Assembly: GCA_963819815.1 (NCBI GenBank)
Contig: CAWFXL010000001.1
Location: forward strand, 1,344,001 to 1,408,000
Direction of reading: 5' to 3'
From: an uncultured bacterium
Lineage (GTDB): Bacteria > Babelota > Babeliae > Babelales > Babelaceae
Length of the DNA: 64,000 bases
This document shows, piece after piece, positions 1-10,564 of the stretch. How positions within the stretch are numbered: the first letter of the stretch is position 1; each line of letters starts with the position of its first letter. Both the position numbers and the translations under genes were made by a program. Under the pieces are notes generated by a model. That model had not been told where the DNA came from, did no database searches, and saw only the letters and a list, made by a program, of their open reading frames with translations.

Positions 1-164
1 AGAATGCGCTATCATTAGTAAAAGAACGTTGGCAAAAGGATGTACGAAGTTCAGACAAGAAGAAAAAACAGCGAGCACAACGAATCGTAGCACTTGCTCA
101 AAAGGCTTTTAAAGGATTAGATCAAGCGCTCTATGAAAGAAAACAGGATGGACCTAGACCTTAA
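1..164 (+). CDS. 3' end of a CDS entering the window; possibly a degenerate J-domain-like helical tail
   Basis: Frame starting at base 3 is open to TAA at 162-164: NALSLVKERWQKDVRSSDKKKKQRAQRIVALAQKAFKGLDQALYERKQDGPRP; weakly resembles the tails of 14971..15951 and 38501..39373. Confidence 0.5.
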   Translation, partial: NALSLVKERWQKDVRSSDKKKKQRAQRIVALAQKAFKGLDQALYERKQDGPRP

Positions 165-361
165 AGAGCATTATTCGGACTGTCGAACAGTTACAATGAA
201 ACATGAAACGTTATCTTTTCTTTATCTAGATTCTGAGTTCATTTTATTGCAGCAAAAAACAGACGCCTTTTCCAACGTAGCAAAGCTGATTGCACTATGA
301 GATTTTTTTAAATATAGTATAACATGTGAATATGATCAAAAAACCTATTCGAAAGCACCAC

Positions 362-1597
362 ATGAAAAGACTAGCACTTGCTCTGTTGAGTAGCACAATA
401 TTCTCCCAATGCATATTTTCAATGATGGATGTGTTACAGCAACCCTCACTTATAGAAACACGCAAACCACTCACCTTGCAACTCATAGAAGAAGTTAAAA
501 GGGGAAATCGCGCCGCTGCAAGGGCACTCGTCAAAAGCGGTGCACTTATAGGTGACGATGATAAGTTGCCAAACGGTCGTTACTCAGGTTGTAACTCATT
601 TGAATGGGCAGCTATTCGGGGTGACGAAGGCTGTATGAATGATCTGCTAGATGAGCTTGGAAATAATACCCCTCCAAAAAATCCTTTGACTAAAGAATGG
701 ATGATTATGCATCCAGATAGCAAGTATAGAATATTGAATGAAGAAATTAAGAAATATCGCCAGTTAATTGTCCCCTTTATGAGTCGTCGGAGCTTTGAAA
801 GTACTTTTGAAGAAGAGAAGCGACTCGAGAGAATAAGGGGATTTCTTACTAGTCATAGCGACTTTCAAGGTGCACCGAATATAAAACGTTTTATGAGAAG
901 AGTTTTACACAAAGCCGCAGTTCAGCTCATACGAGATAGACTCTTTGCCTACGCGCAAACTCTTGGAAATCAAGAACTTGCGGAAGCTCTTTTAGCTACT
1001 GGGCAAATCTATACGAAACCCCTAGAAAGCAGCAGGCCAGATTCACAAGATTTAGTGACGTTGCTCATTTCAGCAATCGGGAGACGAGATCATCAACTCA
1101 TGAAAGCCTTAATTGCTTTTGGAGTTGAGGTAAATAAGGTAATGCCAAACAGGTGGACTGTTTTTGGTGAGAAGTGGAGTCCTTTGGAAAGTGCTGCTTA
1201 CTCGGGTGATTCAATCGCCTTAAAGATACTGATCGATGCAGGCGTTAACATTGAACGCATAGGTAGTTTCGTTGGTGGAACAGCTCTTCATCTTGCCGCC
1301 GCATATCCTGCAGCTCTGCAAGTTCTTTTTGAGGCCGGTGCAGTAGCTAAACGTGAACTGAAGGGTAATAATTTTCGTCCTATTGACTACTGCCGTAATA
1401 AGGAAGCCTATTTTGAAGCACTTGTTCGGTCAAGTGTAAAAAGATATACGGGCGAAATTAGGCCGGATCAGATGGTGAACTATTTACTCGAAGAGGCAAG
1501 AAAGGAAGCTTCCCTTGAAGAGTGTTATGCAGAACTATTTCCTCATTCTCAGGCATTTGAAGAGCGATACAGAAAAATACTTGTTTCCACTCTCTAG
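362..1597 (+). CDS. Secreted ankyrin-repeat protein
   Basis: Signal-peptide-like MKRLALALLSSTIFSQCIFS; ankyrin motifs WSPLESAAYSGD..ILIDAGVNI and GGTALHLAA..VLFEAGA; start moved from the track's 326 to ATG 362 by comparison with the paralog. Confidence 0.8.
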   Translation: MKRLALALLSSTIFSQCIFSMMDVLQQPSLIETRKPLTLQLIEEVKRGNRAAARALVKSGALIGDDDKLPNGRYSGCNSFEWAAIRGDEGCMNDLLDELGNNTPPKNPLTKEWMIMHPDSKYRILNEEIKKYRQLIVPFMSRRSFESTFEEEKRLERIRGFLTSHSDFQGAPNIKRFMRRVLHKAAVQLIRDRLFAYAQTLGNQELAEALLATGQIYTKPLESSRPDSQDLVTLLISAIGRRDHQLMKALIAFGVEVNKVMPNRWTVFGEKWSPLESAAYSGDSIALKILIDAGVNIERIGSFVGGTALHLAAAYPAALQVLFEAGAVAKRELKGNNFRPIDYCRNKEAYFEALVRSSVKRYTGEIRPDQMVNYLLEEARKEASLEECYAELFPHSQAFEERYRKILVSTL

Positions 1598-1892
1598 AAG
1601 TAATTTCGGAATGCTGTAGGTTTGTAATGGCATTCTCTAAGTACCTGGACGCTCCATTTGAAAGATTGGTGGCAGCTTGTGATCGATTCTCCGGTCTAAT
1701 CAATTAAGAGGAAGTCTGATAGTTTCCGTTTGAGGTCTTTTTGATTGGTATACGCGTATACCTAATTTTCTTTCTACCAATGCCAATGAAGTAAATCGCG
1801 ACCAGTTGGTAAATTTGACAAAATGTCATTATTGTTGTATGATTTTGATATAAATATTGACAGAATGGCAATTGGTCGAAAGAAGAAATAAC

Positions 1893-3447
1893 ATGAAAAG
1901 ATTGCTTTTTGCTCTCCTGAGCTGCACAACACTCTCCCAGTACGTATTTTCAATGGAGACTACGCTACATCAACAGTCAATGGTCGATGCGAACAGACAT
2001 CTCACCCTTCAACTCATTGAAGAAGTAAAAAGGGGAAATCGCCCGGCAGCAATGGATCTCATTAGAAGAGGTGCCTTCATTGGTGATGATGATAGGCTGG
2101 CTAATAGCGGTTTCGGAGGTATCAACGTATTTGAATGGGCAGCTATTAGGGGCGATGAGGGTTGTATGAATGACCTTCTAGATGAGCTTGAAAATAATAC
2201 ACCTCCCAAAAATCCTTTAACTACTGAACGTTGCTCTATACATCCAGATTCGAATTATAGAATATTAAATGAAGAAATTAAGAAACATCGCGATAAGGTT
2301 ATTCCCTTATTGAGGCGTCAGACTCTTGAAAGTGCTGTTGAAGAAGAAAGGCGACTAGAAAGAATTAAAAAGTTCATTGATGGTTATGTTGGGATGACTT
2401 TGAAGGAGCACCGAATATAAAAGGGGTTCTGTCGAGAGTTTTAGATCAAGCTGAAATTCAACTGATAAAAGATAAGACCTTTGCTTACGCTCAAGCTAAC
2501 GGACACCAAGAACTGGCAGCAGCTCTTTTAGCCACGGGACAAGTCTATGCAAGACCTTTAGAAACCGGTAGGCCGTATTCGGCGGACTTCCGCGCGTGTA
2601 CTCATTTCAACAGTCGAAAGACAAGATTACCGACTCATGAGAGCATTGATAGCATGTGGAGTTGACGTAAATGCGGCACATCCCAAATATCGGGTTACTG
2701 CTTTAGAGCATGCACTATATCGTGATGACCAAACTGCCGTTAGAATACTGCTTGATGCCGGCGCCAGAACTGATCACGCAGATATGCAGTCAAGGGAAAT
2801 TAGCCCTGCATATTGCTTGTTCCCATGGAAAATCTTGTATTCCGATGCTCTTAGAAGCGGGTGCTCCAATTCAATGTGAATCTAGGGGCCATCGTCGCCT
2901 GCCAACTGATTATCTCAATGATGAAGGAAAAAAACTTTTTATTGAGTCGCTTGTTCGAACAAGTATGAAAAGATATGCACCGACACGACATGAGGCTAAG
3001 CGTGCGCTCGTAAACCTGTGGTCTAGGATCGAACTGCTCAACAAAATTGTTGCAATGCCTCCCTATGTTCTTCTTGAAATTCTCTCCTACCCTGGAGTAT
3101 CTGATAAAGATTTACGGACCCTTTCTTTGTACGAATTAGCGCACTCTTCTGACGAGATTGAGGCTCTACCCCATACGATGCCAAAGAGGTACGCGTGGGA
3201 GGCACATGAAATAAGCCGGATGTTTAACGTGTATTTTATGCCTTTCTTGGGAGAAACAAGACCTCATGCGATTAACTATCTTCTTGAACGGGCGAAAAAA
3301 GAACCTTTTGTTGAGGAGCATCATAAGGTACTCTTGCCAAATGCGGGCTCATTTGAGGAGTATTATAATGGTCCCCTTAAGTTAGCTCTGAGGAAATTGC
3401 GCTCGGAAGGCTCGACGTCAAGCTCTGCTACAAGCTCAGATAATTAA
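1893..3447 (+). pseudogene. Tandem paralog of the upstream ankyrin protein with an F-box-like insert; about 3 single-base frameshifts (real decay or sequence error)
   Basis: N-terminus nearly identical to 362..1597 (FEWAAIRGDEGCMNDLLDEL.NNTPPKNPLT); homology continues across frame changes near 2392, 2590 and 2783 through ORF pieces 1857..2420, 2637..2879 and 2710..3447. Confidence 0.75.
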
Positions 3448-3532
3448 TTCTAAAACAAGTATGAATGATTAGTTACTGAACACTAGACACTCACTATCTG
3501 CAGCAATTTCAAATTCAATATGCGAAGTCTTT

Positions 3533-3566
3533 TCCCACCTATGATGCACCAATATCATAGGTGGGA
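3533..3566. terminator. Hairpin between convergent genes
   Basis: TCCCACCTATGAT-gcaccaat-ATCATAGGTGGGA, perfect 13-bp stem. Confidence 0.6.
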
Positions 3567-3671
3567 CTTTAATCATTCGAAACCTAAAAAACCAGCTGCT
3601 CATTACAGGATTTACTCAGACGGTATGAAGAATCTTCAAGAAATGGTTGCTTTTGAAGATGCTAAGGATTC

Positions 3672-5861
3672 TTAGCTTAACTCACCTGTTAAAAACTTCT
3701 TCAAGAAGGTGAGACGCGTGTTCCCTTTAGCGTTGCGCAGTGCAATGGCAAGGGCTTTGGGTTGTCCCACAAAGTAGCAGACTTTTTTTGCTCGGGTGAG
3801 AGCGGTATATACTAAGTTGCGTTGAAGCAACATAAAGTGTTGCATGAAGAGGGGGATGATGACCGCAGAATACTCAGATCCTTGGCTTTTGTGGATAGAA
3901 ATCGCATAGGCAAGTACCAACTCGTTGAGCTCGGTAAATTCATATGCAACAATTTTTTTCTCACTAAAGGTTACATGGATCTCTTTATCTTCGGTGTTGA
4001 CGTGTGTAATAATCCCAATGTCACCATTGAAGACATTCTTATCATAGTTGTTGCGAATTTGCATGACCTTATCATTTTTCTTAAAGGTTGTTCCTGAAAA
4101 GGAGACCTTTTCATGCGTAGTATCAGGATTAAGCATTGCTTGAAGCATATGATTGAGTGAGACGGTGCCTACAATGCCTCGATTCATGGGAGTTAAGATG
4201 ATCGTATCATCAAGAGAGATTCCCGTTTTTTTAAGACTCCCAAAGAGAATCTGTTTTAAGTGGTTTTCTATCTGTTCTGGTTGAGGTTCTTTGATAAAAA
4301 AGAAGTCTTTCCGTGCATCGGGAAGGAAGGTTGCGGGAAATTCACCCCGGTTGATTCTATGGGCATTAACTATAATAAGACTATTTTGTGCTTGCCTAAA
4401 AATATGCGTAAGCCGTACACAGGGTACTTTGTTGCTTTCTATAAGGTCCGTAAGAAAGGCTCCAGCACCAACTGATGGTAGCTGATCAATATCCCCAATA
4501 AAGACAACATGTGCAGTTGCAGGAACCGCTTTTAAAATTGCATTGGCAAGAAAAATATCGATCATCGAAGATTCATCAATAATCAAAAAGTCGAGCTTCA
4601 ATGCATGAGTCTCGTTATAGGTAAACCCCATAGTACGCGGATCGAACTCTAAGAGGCGATGAACCGTCATAGCAAACTTGCCGGTACCTTCGATGATTCG
4701 TTTTGCAGCACGACCTGTAGGAGCAGCAAGTTTATAGGATTTATGCTCTTCATCAAGCAGTGAAAGCAGCTTTTTAATAAGCGTTGTTTTACCTGTGCCC
4801 GGTCCACCTGTGATGATGGTTACTTTGTTCTGCAAACAACTGAGAATACCTCGTTGTTGGTCTTCATTGAGCTCGATTTCTCCCGTCGTAGGAGTTCTCA
4901 GCTTCTGGTAAATCGCATCGATATTAAAGGTATGTGCCGAAGGTCGATCGAGAAGTGTGGTAACTTTAGCTGCAACCCCTTTTTCAGAATAATAAAAACT
5001 GCTCAGTGTTATGTAATGGACCTCTGCTCCCTTGACCGTATCGGTTACGAGGACAATTTTATTTTTATTGTAGAGGGTATGAAGAGCTTGCTTCAGCAGA
5101 TGCTCGTGAGATTGAGTTAGCTCAAGGATTTCAAGGGTCTTAGCCTTAAGATCAGTAAGCTCCACATAGAGATGTCCTTGGCCAGTTGCCGTGCTAATGG
5201 TGTACAGGATTCCTGCTGCAATACGCTGTGGTGCATGTGCTTCAAAGCCGATCTTCTTTGCTATATCATCTGCCGTTTTAAATCCGACACCCCATATTTC
5301 ATCGGCAACACGGTAGGGATTTTCAATAAGAACTGCCATAGATTCATGGCGATATTTTTTATAAATGCGTGCTGCAAGGCCGGGAGTGATATCCTTTTCT
5401 TGCAAAAAGACCATAAGGTTTGCGATCTCTTTTTGATCTTTCCAAGCGGTGCTTATTTGCTCTATGCGTTTAGTACTTATGCCTGGCACTTCTTCAAGGC
5501 GATGAGGCTCTTCGTCAATGACCGTGAGGACCGCTAAGCCAAAATGATTTACGAGCTTTTCTGCATATGTAGGCCCAATACCCTTGATGAGTCCAGATCC
5601 GAGATACTTTTTAAGCCCGAGAATCGAATTTGGAGTAATCTGGGTGCACTGTGAAGCCTCGAACTGTTTGCCAAATTTTTGATGAAATACCCAACTTCCC
5701 TTGAGTTGTACTTCTTGACCAGCTTGGGCATGCGGAACATAGCCTTTTACAGTTATTGGATCTTTACCCAAAGCTTTGATGACGAAGACGGCAAATCCAT
5801 TTTCATCACTTTGGAAAAGGAATCGTTCAATAGTTCCTGATATGAGCTCCTGCTCTTGCAT
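3672..5861 (-). CDS. recD2: ATP-dependent RecD-like DNA helicase RecD2
   Basis: N-terminal OB/HhH region (YLGSGLIKGIGP), Walker A GGPGTGKTT, IIDESSM, GDIDQLPSVGAG, AYAISIHKSQGSEY, YTALTRAK. Confidence 0.95.
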   Translation of the reverse strand: MQEQELISGTIERFLFQSDENGFAVFVIKALGKDPITVKGYVPHAQAGQEVQLKGSWVFHQKFGKQFEASQCTQITPNSILGLKKYLGSGLIKGIGPTYAEKLVNHFGLAVLTVIDEEPHRLEEVPGISTKRIEQISTAWKDQKEIANLMVFLQEKDITPGLAARIYKKYRHESMAVLIENPYRVADEIWGVGFKTADDIAKKIGFEAHAPQRIAAGILYTISTATGQGHLYVELTDLKAKTLEILELTQSHEHLLKQALHTLYNKNKIVLVTDTVKGAEVHYITLSSFYYSEKGVAAKVTTLLDRPSAHTFNIDAIYQKLRTPTTGEIELNEDQQRGILSCLQNKVTIITGGPGTGKTTLIKKLLSLLDEEHKSYKLAAPTGRAAKRIIEGTGKFAMTVHRLLEFDPRTMGFTYNETHALKLDFLIIDESSMIDIFLANAILKAVPATAHVVFIGDIDQLPSVGAGAFLTDLIESNKVPCVRLTHIFRQAQNSLIIVNAHRINRGEFPATFLPDARKDFFFIKEPQPEQIENHLKQILFGSLKKTGISLDDTIILTPMNRGIVGTVSLNHMLQAMLNPDTTHEKVSFSGTTFKKNDKVMQIRNNYDKNVFNGDIGIITHVNTEDKEIHVTFSEKKIVAYEFTELNELVLAYAISIHKSQGSEYSAVIIPLFMQHFMLLQRNLVYTALTRAKKVCYFVGQPKALAIALRNAKGNTRLTFLKKFLTGELS

Positions 5862-5864
5862 AGG

Positions 5865-6533
5865 CTAAGCGCCTTTTTTCTGGGAGGAATATGCTTCTTT
5901 AGCCTGGGCATAAGCTTTTGGACAACTTACGATAAGTGCAGCAAGAAAGTTTTGAAGATCGGTGGTAAACACGTAGAACACCGAGAAGCTGGTCACATCG
6001 TGGTCATATGTTTCAGTTTCATTCCCTTTATCATCCCATTTAAGAAGAAGACAATCGGGACGATTGTTCTTTCGGCAATATTCTTGAAGCAGCTTAATCA
6101 TGAACTGATGGGCTCCTCGAGCATCAGCGAGCATGATGTTATTGACATGTCCAAAGTATTTTTTAACTTGGAGAAAGAGCTCTTTAAACTCCTCTTTTTC
6201 TGAAGCAGTAAACGAGGATTGCTTAGCTTCATAAGCAATGAGTGACTTGATAGTCTGCTTTTCGCCCTTGAACATGATGTCAACAGATTTTCCTTCACGG
6301 GGGTCTGGATCGCCATTTTCATTGAGCCTGATTTTTCCCTCATGAATATTCTTAATCTCTTTGATTAACCAGAGGGTACTTTGCACTTTTGTTTTATCAA
6401 AAACTCCGGCCTTGCCATCAATTATTTTTAAAATGGGATCGGTAAGGGGTGGTTGCTTTGGAGCAGTTGCTTCTACGCACAAGAATGCCATGCAAAGGAT
6501 AAGATTCAAAGTAAGGTGACGTGTACCATTCAT
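5865..6533 (-). CDS. Hypothetical secreted protein
   Basis: 222-aa ORF with hydrophobic N-terminus, tightly packed in an operon with recD2. Confidence 0.7.
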   Translation of the reverse strand: MNGTRHLTLNLILCMAFLCVEATAPKQPPLTDPILKIIDGKAGVFDKTKVQSTLWLIKEIKNIHEGKIRLNENGDPDPREGKSVDIMFKGEKQTIKSLIAYEAKQSSFTASEKEEFKELFLQVKKYFGHVNNIMLADARGAHQFMIKLLQEYCRKNNRPDCLLLKWDDKGNETETYDHDVTSFSVFYVFTTDLQNFLAALIVSCPKAYAQAKEAYSSQKKGA

Positions 6534-6557
6534 AAAAGTCCTTTTATGGTTGATTAT

Positions 6558-8213
6558 TCAAAATTCTAGGCCGACTCGTAGTCCAACGGTATAGGTTTGT
6601 CCTATGCCTTTATTAAAGACTGTGGCATCCATGTTTGCACATACATACCAATCTGTTATACATCCACTCCTTACTATACTATCATAATAGCCTACAGAAG
6701 CAAAGACTTTACCCTGATGAGCAGCTGGACGTGCTGCTTTGTCTCTAACGAGATGTAAGTGGAAAGGCACGATAGGAAGAAGTGGTTGTATATAATCATG
6801 ACCTTGGATCCAGTAGTCAAAGCCTCCAGAGAGGTCCCAGTGCTCAGACTTGTACAAGAGTTGGTAGTTCATTTGAAAGCGAACTCCTGGAGTTACCGTG
6901 GTTCTTATTCCTACAGGGAATAATGTTTCTACGATGAGCTGATTAAGCAATGCAAGGTTTTCTCCAGCAAGGGCTGGATCGCGCCAGTTTCTGTCAAAAT
7001 CACTCTCTGTTTTTTTAATTAGAAAAAAGCGATTTTCACGGTGTGGGATATATACTTGGATAGAAGTGTAGCCATGCATACTCAGGTAATCATTTACCTG
7101 ATAGCGCCAATCGATTTCAGGACCCAGGCCAAAATGCTTTCCGTTACCCATGGGTGAATTGATTAATATTGTTGATAACCGATCAAGTACATCTATAGCA
7201 AATTCCGTGCTTTCTTTTTTAATAACGGCGTTATTCAGTTCAGGAATAGCATTATTGCAAAAGAAGACGTTAAAGAAATGTTGTAGGTTTAATGGAGGGA
7301 TAGGCATATCGGGCGAAAATTCGCCCCCGATTAATCCGCGCTTGAATGCTTTTGCCGTAGGAATCGTAACTTGAAGACCGAACCAGAGGTTCTGACATTC
7401 TTGCTTCACGGGATGTGCAAGAAGGCTCAGTCGGGCATCGCCCGTCCCAAATTTATCACAGACCAGATGCTTTAACCCAAAGCGCATGACTTCATCACTT
7501 TGAGACGTACCAAGTTCTCCCGAGGCTCCCGTGCTAAAAAACGGATTCTTTTGAATGTTCTCAATCTCTTGGTCGGTTAAATAGAAGTGCTCAAGGAGAT
7601 AATAAAGGGGTATGCGCCCACAGATTGTCCAATTATCCCAATGGCGTGCAAATCCGAACATAAAGCCGGCTCGGTACTGACGAAACTTTGTTGTACTAAA
7701 GAGCCCCAATATGTCAGGAACATTTTCTACACTCGTAAACTCAATATTCTCGATCTCATTAATAATATTTTCATTGTTGAGATCGAGATATGAGCGTAAA
7801 AAAGGGCTGTCTTTAGTCAAGTATACTTTAGGGGTATAGTTAAAAAATAGTTCAGTTGTAAAGGTCCAATAATTATTATAAAAATAATCAGGGGTCAACG
7901 AAGGTAGATCGAGAAGACTTCGAATTGTCACGGGCCCCGTCGTTTTCCTATAAATGTCTTCACGAAGGATAGCGACGAGATTAATCATGGGAGGGCTTTC
8001 CTCAGGACTGCTTGGCGGAGTCAAAAAGCTCAAAATCACTTCGGTGGGGAAACAACCAGGAGCTCGTACAGGAGGGACAGGAGCTTGCAGCTCTATGAGA
8101 GTATCATCAAGAAGCGCAGCTATATCAGGATCAAGCTCTTCGCACTGCAGATGAAAAGAACTCACCCCTGAAATTCCCAAAGCAACAGATAGATAGAAAA
8201 TTGTTTTCTTCAT
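6558..8213 (-). CDS. Hypothetical secreted protein, probable outer-membrane beta-barrel
   Basis: Signal peptide; alternating aromatic strands; C-terminal VGLRVGLEF resembles a BAM beta-signal; shares motifs with 59142..60353. Confidence 0.6.
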   Translation of the reverse strand: MKKTIFYLSVALGISGVSSFHLQCEELDPDIAALLDDTLIELQAPVPPVRAPGCFPTEVILSFLTPPSSPEESPPMINLVAILREDIYRKTTGPVTIRSLLDLPSLTPDYFYNNYWTFTTELFFNYTPKVYLTKDSPFLRSYLDLNNENIINEIENIEFTSVENVPDILGLFSTTKFRQYRAGFMFGFARHWDNWTICGRIPLYYLLEHFYLTDQEIENIQKNPFFSTGASGELGTSQSDEVMRFGLKHLVCDKFGTGDARLSLLAHPVKQECQNLWFGLQVTIPTAKAFKRGLIGGEFSPDMPIPPLNLQHFFNVFFCNNAIPELNNAVIKKESTEFAIDVLDRLSTILINSPMGNGKHFGLGPEIDWRYQVNDYLSMHGYTSIQVYIPHRENRFFLIKKTESDFDRNWRDPALAGENLALLNQLIVETLFPVGIRTTVTPGVRFQMNYQLLYKSEHWDLSGGFDYWIQGHDYIQPLLPIVPFHLHLVRDKAARPAAHQGKVFASVGYYDSIVRSGCITDWYVCANMDATVFNKGIGQTYTVGLRVGLEF

Positions 8214-8443
8214 GCATTTTTTGTTTTTTTACAGATGCTTTTCGACAGTATCAGCAACTCTGTTTTCGCTATTTTCCTACTGATTTTTTTAGTCTAGACT
8301 AGAGTGTAGCATCTTTTTTCTATGAGAGCGAGATGGGGCAAAAATGTTGCTCACACACGTAAGTGCCATACGTTCTCATACGTACGCTGAAGAAAGTGTT
8401 ACAGAAATATATGAGGGATTTTGTTCTAGATAAGGGAGGTATT

Positions 8444-9169
8444 ATGCTCACACAAAAAAATCAACCACCCTATTTTTGCGTTGAAGGTGGCATTGGAGCT
8501 GGTAAATCGACGTTCTTGAAGGTAATTAATACCTTTTTAAACGCTCAGGTTATTTACGAGCCACATGCAAAATGGCAAAATGTGGGAGGAGAAAATATTT
8601 TAGAGCGCTTTTATAATGACACGCCCCGGTGGGCATACACATTCCAAACTTATGCGTTTGTTACTCGGGTAATGGAACTTGAAAAAGCTGCGCTTACCAA
8701 TATGCAGCCATTCCAAATCTCTGAGCGATCAGTTTTTTCCGATAGGTATTGTTTTGCGAAAAATTGTTACGAACTTGGTACCATAAATGCTCTTGAATGG
8801 AAGCTCTACCAGGAGTGGTTTGAATGGCTCGTTGGTACCTATGTACCAAAGCCGAGTGGCTTCATTTATTTGCAAACTGATCCGATAGTCTGCTATAAGC
8901 GTATACTCAAGCGTAATAGACAGGAAGAGACGAGTGTTACTCTTGAATATCTGCAGCTCTTACATGAAAAACATGAAAAGTGGCTCATCCACAAAGAAGA
9001 GGTTGCACCTTATTTGAAAAATGTTCCTGTGCTTGTGATTCCCTGCGATGAAGACTTTGAACATAATAGAGCGATACAAAAAGCTCATATGGCAAAGATT
9101 ATTGATTTCCTTGAAGTTCAATATGAGATTCCTGGTTCATTGAGCGCTCGCGTTGAGATGCTCGTGTGA
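8444..9169 (+). CDS. Deoxynucleoside kinase
   Basis: VEGGIGAGKST P-loop, YEP, FQTYAF, ERSVFSDRYCFA, RILKRNRQEE lid; GGAGG RBS before ATG 8444. Confidence 0.92.
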   Translation: MLTQKNQPPYFCVEGGIGAGKSTFLKVINTFLNAQVIYEPHAKWQNVGGENILERFYNDTPRWAYTFQTYAFVTRVMELEKAALTNMQPFQISERSVFSDRYCFAKNCYELGTINALEWKLYQEWFEWLVGTYVPKPSGFIYLQTDPIVCYKRILKRNRQEETSVTLEYLQLLHEKHEKWLIHKEEVAPYLKNVPVLVIPCDEDFEHNRAIQKAHMAKIIDFLEVQYEIPGSLSARVEMLV

Positions 9170-9186
9170 TCTTTTTTAGCATGAAG

Positions 9187-9234
9187 AAATCCCGGTTTCG
9201 TGATTTGAATTCTATCACGGAATCGGGATTTTTT
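9187..9234 (+). terminator. Intrinsic terminator after dNK
   Basis: AAATCCCGGTTTCGTGAT..ATCACGGAATCGGGATTT stem followed by a T-tract. Confidence 0.7.
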
Positions 9235-9460
9235 ACTGTTCATCAGATATGGGTATTTTCACTAAGGATACCCCTTTTTGTGAAGAAGGCCTTGCAAAAG
9301 GGGCTTGCTTTGAGCTATGATACTCTGGATATGACTTTAATAAGTGGTTGGATGAGCATCCATAAAATCTCTGCAAAGAGATGGATTTGAATACAGAGAG
9401 TGTGGCATTGAGGTAAAGAAGAATCGTCCTCTAAAACGTAACCTCTTAAGGAGAACCATC

Positions 9461-9703
9461 ATGGAAGAAATTAACTACGTAAAAATGGCGGCTTATTTTG
9501 GAGCAGCTATTGCCATGGGAATTGGTGGCCTAGGGCCTTCTTTGGGTCAAGGAATCGTAGCCGCGAAGGCTGTCGAAACCATGGGAAAATATCCTGAAAT
9601 GTCGACCAAAATCAGAACGACTATGTTTTTGGCTCTGGGGATTATTGAGACGAGTTCAATTTATGCATTCGTTGTTGCTATGATGCTTATTATCGGAAGC
9701 TAG
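9461..9703 (+). CDS. atpE: F0F1 ATP synthase subunit c
   Basis: Two TM helices, GIGGLGPSLGQG glycine stripe, ion-binding Glu in IETSSIY. Confidence 0.95.
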   Translation: MEEINYVKMAAYFGAAIAMGIGGLGPSLGQGIVAAKAVETMGKYPEMSTKIRTTMFLALGIIETSSIYAFVVAMMLIIGS

Positions 9704-9714
9704 GATAGGAATAT

Positions 9715-10086
9715 ATGGCTGCCTTGGGAATAAATCTGACCCTTGTGGTTCAGATGATTCATTTCTTTATTGCCTATATGGTAATCAAGTATCTCTTTTT
9801 AAAACCTGGATACGCGGTGGTAGCAACTGACGCCCATCGACTCAAACAGATTAGAAGCCGAATTGTTGCACGCCAAGAACTGATAGCACATAAGAATACA
9901 TATAAGCAAACGCGCTGGAATCTTTTTAAAGACTTTTTTTATAAGCAAAAGCCCCAGGTGAGGAAAGAATATACCGTATCGACTGCTCCGATAGTGCAGA
10001 AAAAAGTGCCTGAGGTATCTTTACAAGAGCTTGATAAGGTAGCGAGAACTGTTGCTGATGCCCTCAATAAGAAAGTGCTTCAATGA
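9715..10086 (+). CDS. ATP synthase subunit b'-like
   Basis: INLTLVVQMIHFFIAYMVIKYLFLKP b-type N-terminal anchor; position in the atp operon. Confidence 0.7.
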   Translation: MAALGINLTLVVQMIHFFIAYMVIKYLFLKPGYAVVATDAHRLKQIRSRIVARQELIAHKNTYKQTRWNLFKDFFYKQKPQVRKEYTVSTAPIVQKKVPEVSLQELDKVARTVADALNKKVLQ

Positions 10087-10562
10087 TACATCTTATGGAT
10101 CTTTTTTTTACGCTATTTAACTTTTGTATAGTAGTTGTAGCTCTTATCTATTTGGTGAAAACGTATCTCATTCCACAGGTCAAAGAAAAGATGCTTAAGG
10201 AGCATACTGATTTTGTTGAGTTGCATACTGAGCATCATCAGCTTGCGCAGGATCAAAAGACTTTAGAGGATGAGATTGTTTCTCAGGAAGATCGTGCAAA
10301 AATACTCTTTAAAAAGATTAACCAATGGCGTAACGTGGTTGATGTGGCAGTTCAAACTGAGCTTGCAGCATCTAAACAAATGAGAAAAGATTATGAGGAA
10401 AGATATGCGGAAAGTGCTCGTATCTATGTTTTACACACAAGGTACCATGAGGTGGCTCCTTTAGTGATACAAAAGCTTAAGCAAGACTTCCAAAAACAAT
10501 TTGCAGATTCTCAAGAGGGACATGCGTATCTTGCGCAGGTCCTTAAGAAACTTTCAGTGTAA
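10083..10562 (+). CDS. atpF: ATP synthase subunit b (divergent)
   Basis: N-terminal TM followed by coiled coil; lies between b' and delta. Confidence 0.65.
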   Translation: MIHLMDLFFTLFNFCIVVVALIYLVKTYLIPQVKEKMLKEHTDFVELHTEHHQLAQDQKTLEDEIVSQEDRAKILFKKINQWRNVVDVAVQTELAASKQMRKDYEERYAESARIYVLHTRYHEVAPLVIQKLKQDFQKQFADSQEGHAYLAQVLKKLSV

Positions 10563-10564
10563 TT

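Noticed and set aside
3822..5537. Short antisense or overlapping ORFs in the track (here and throughout the window)
   Set aside because: They lie opposite or inside well-supported genes and have no motifs or RBS; treated as shadow ORFs.
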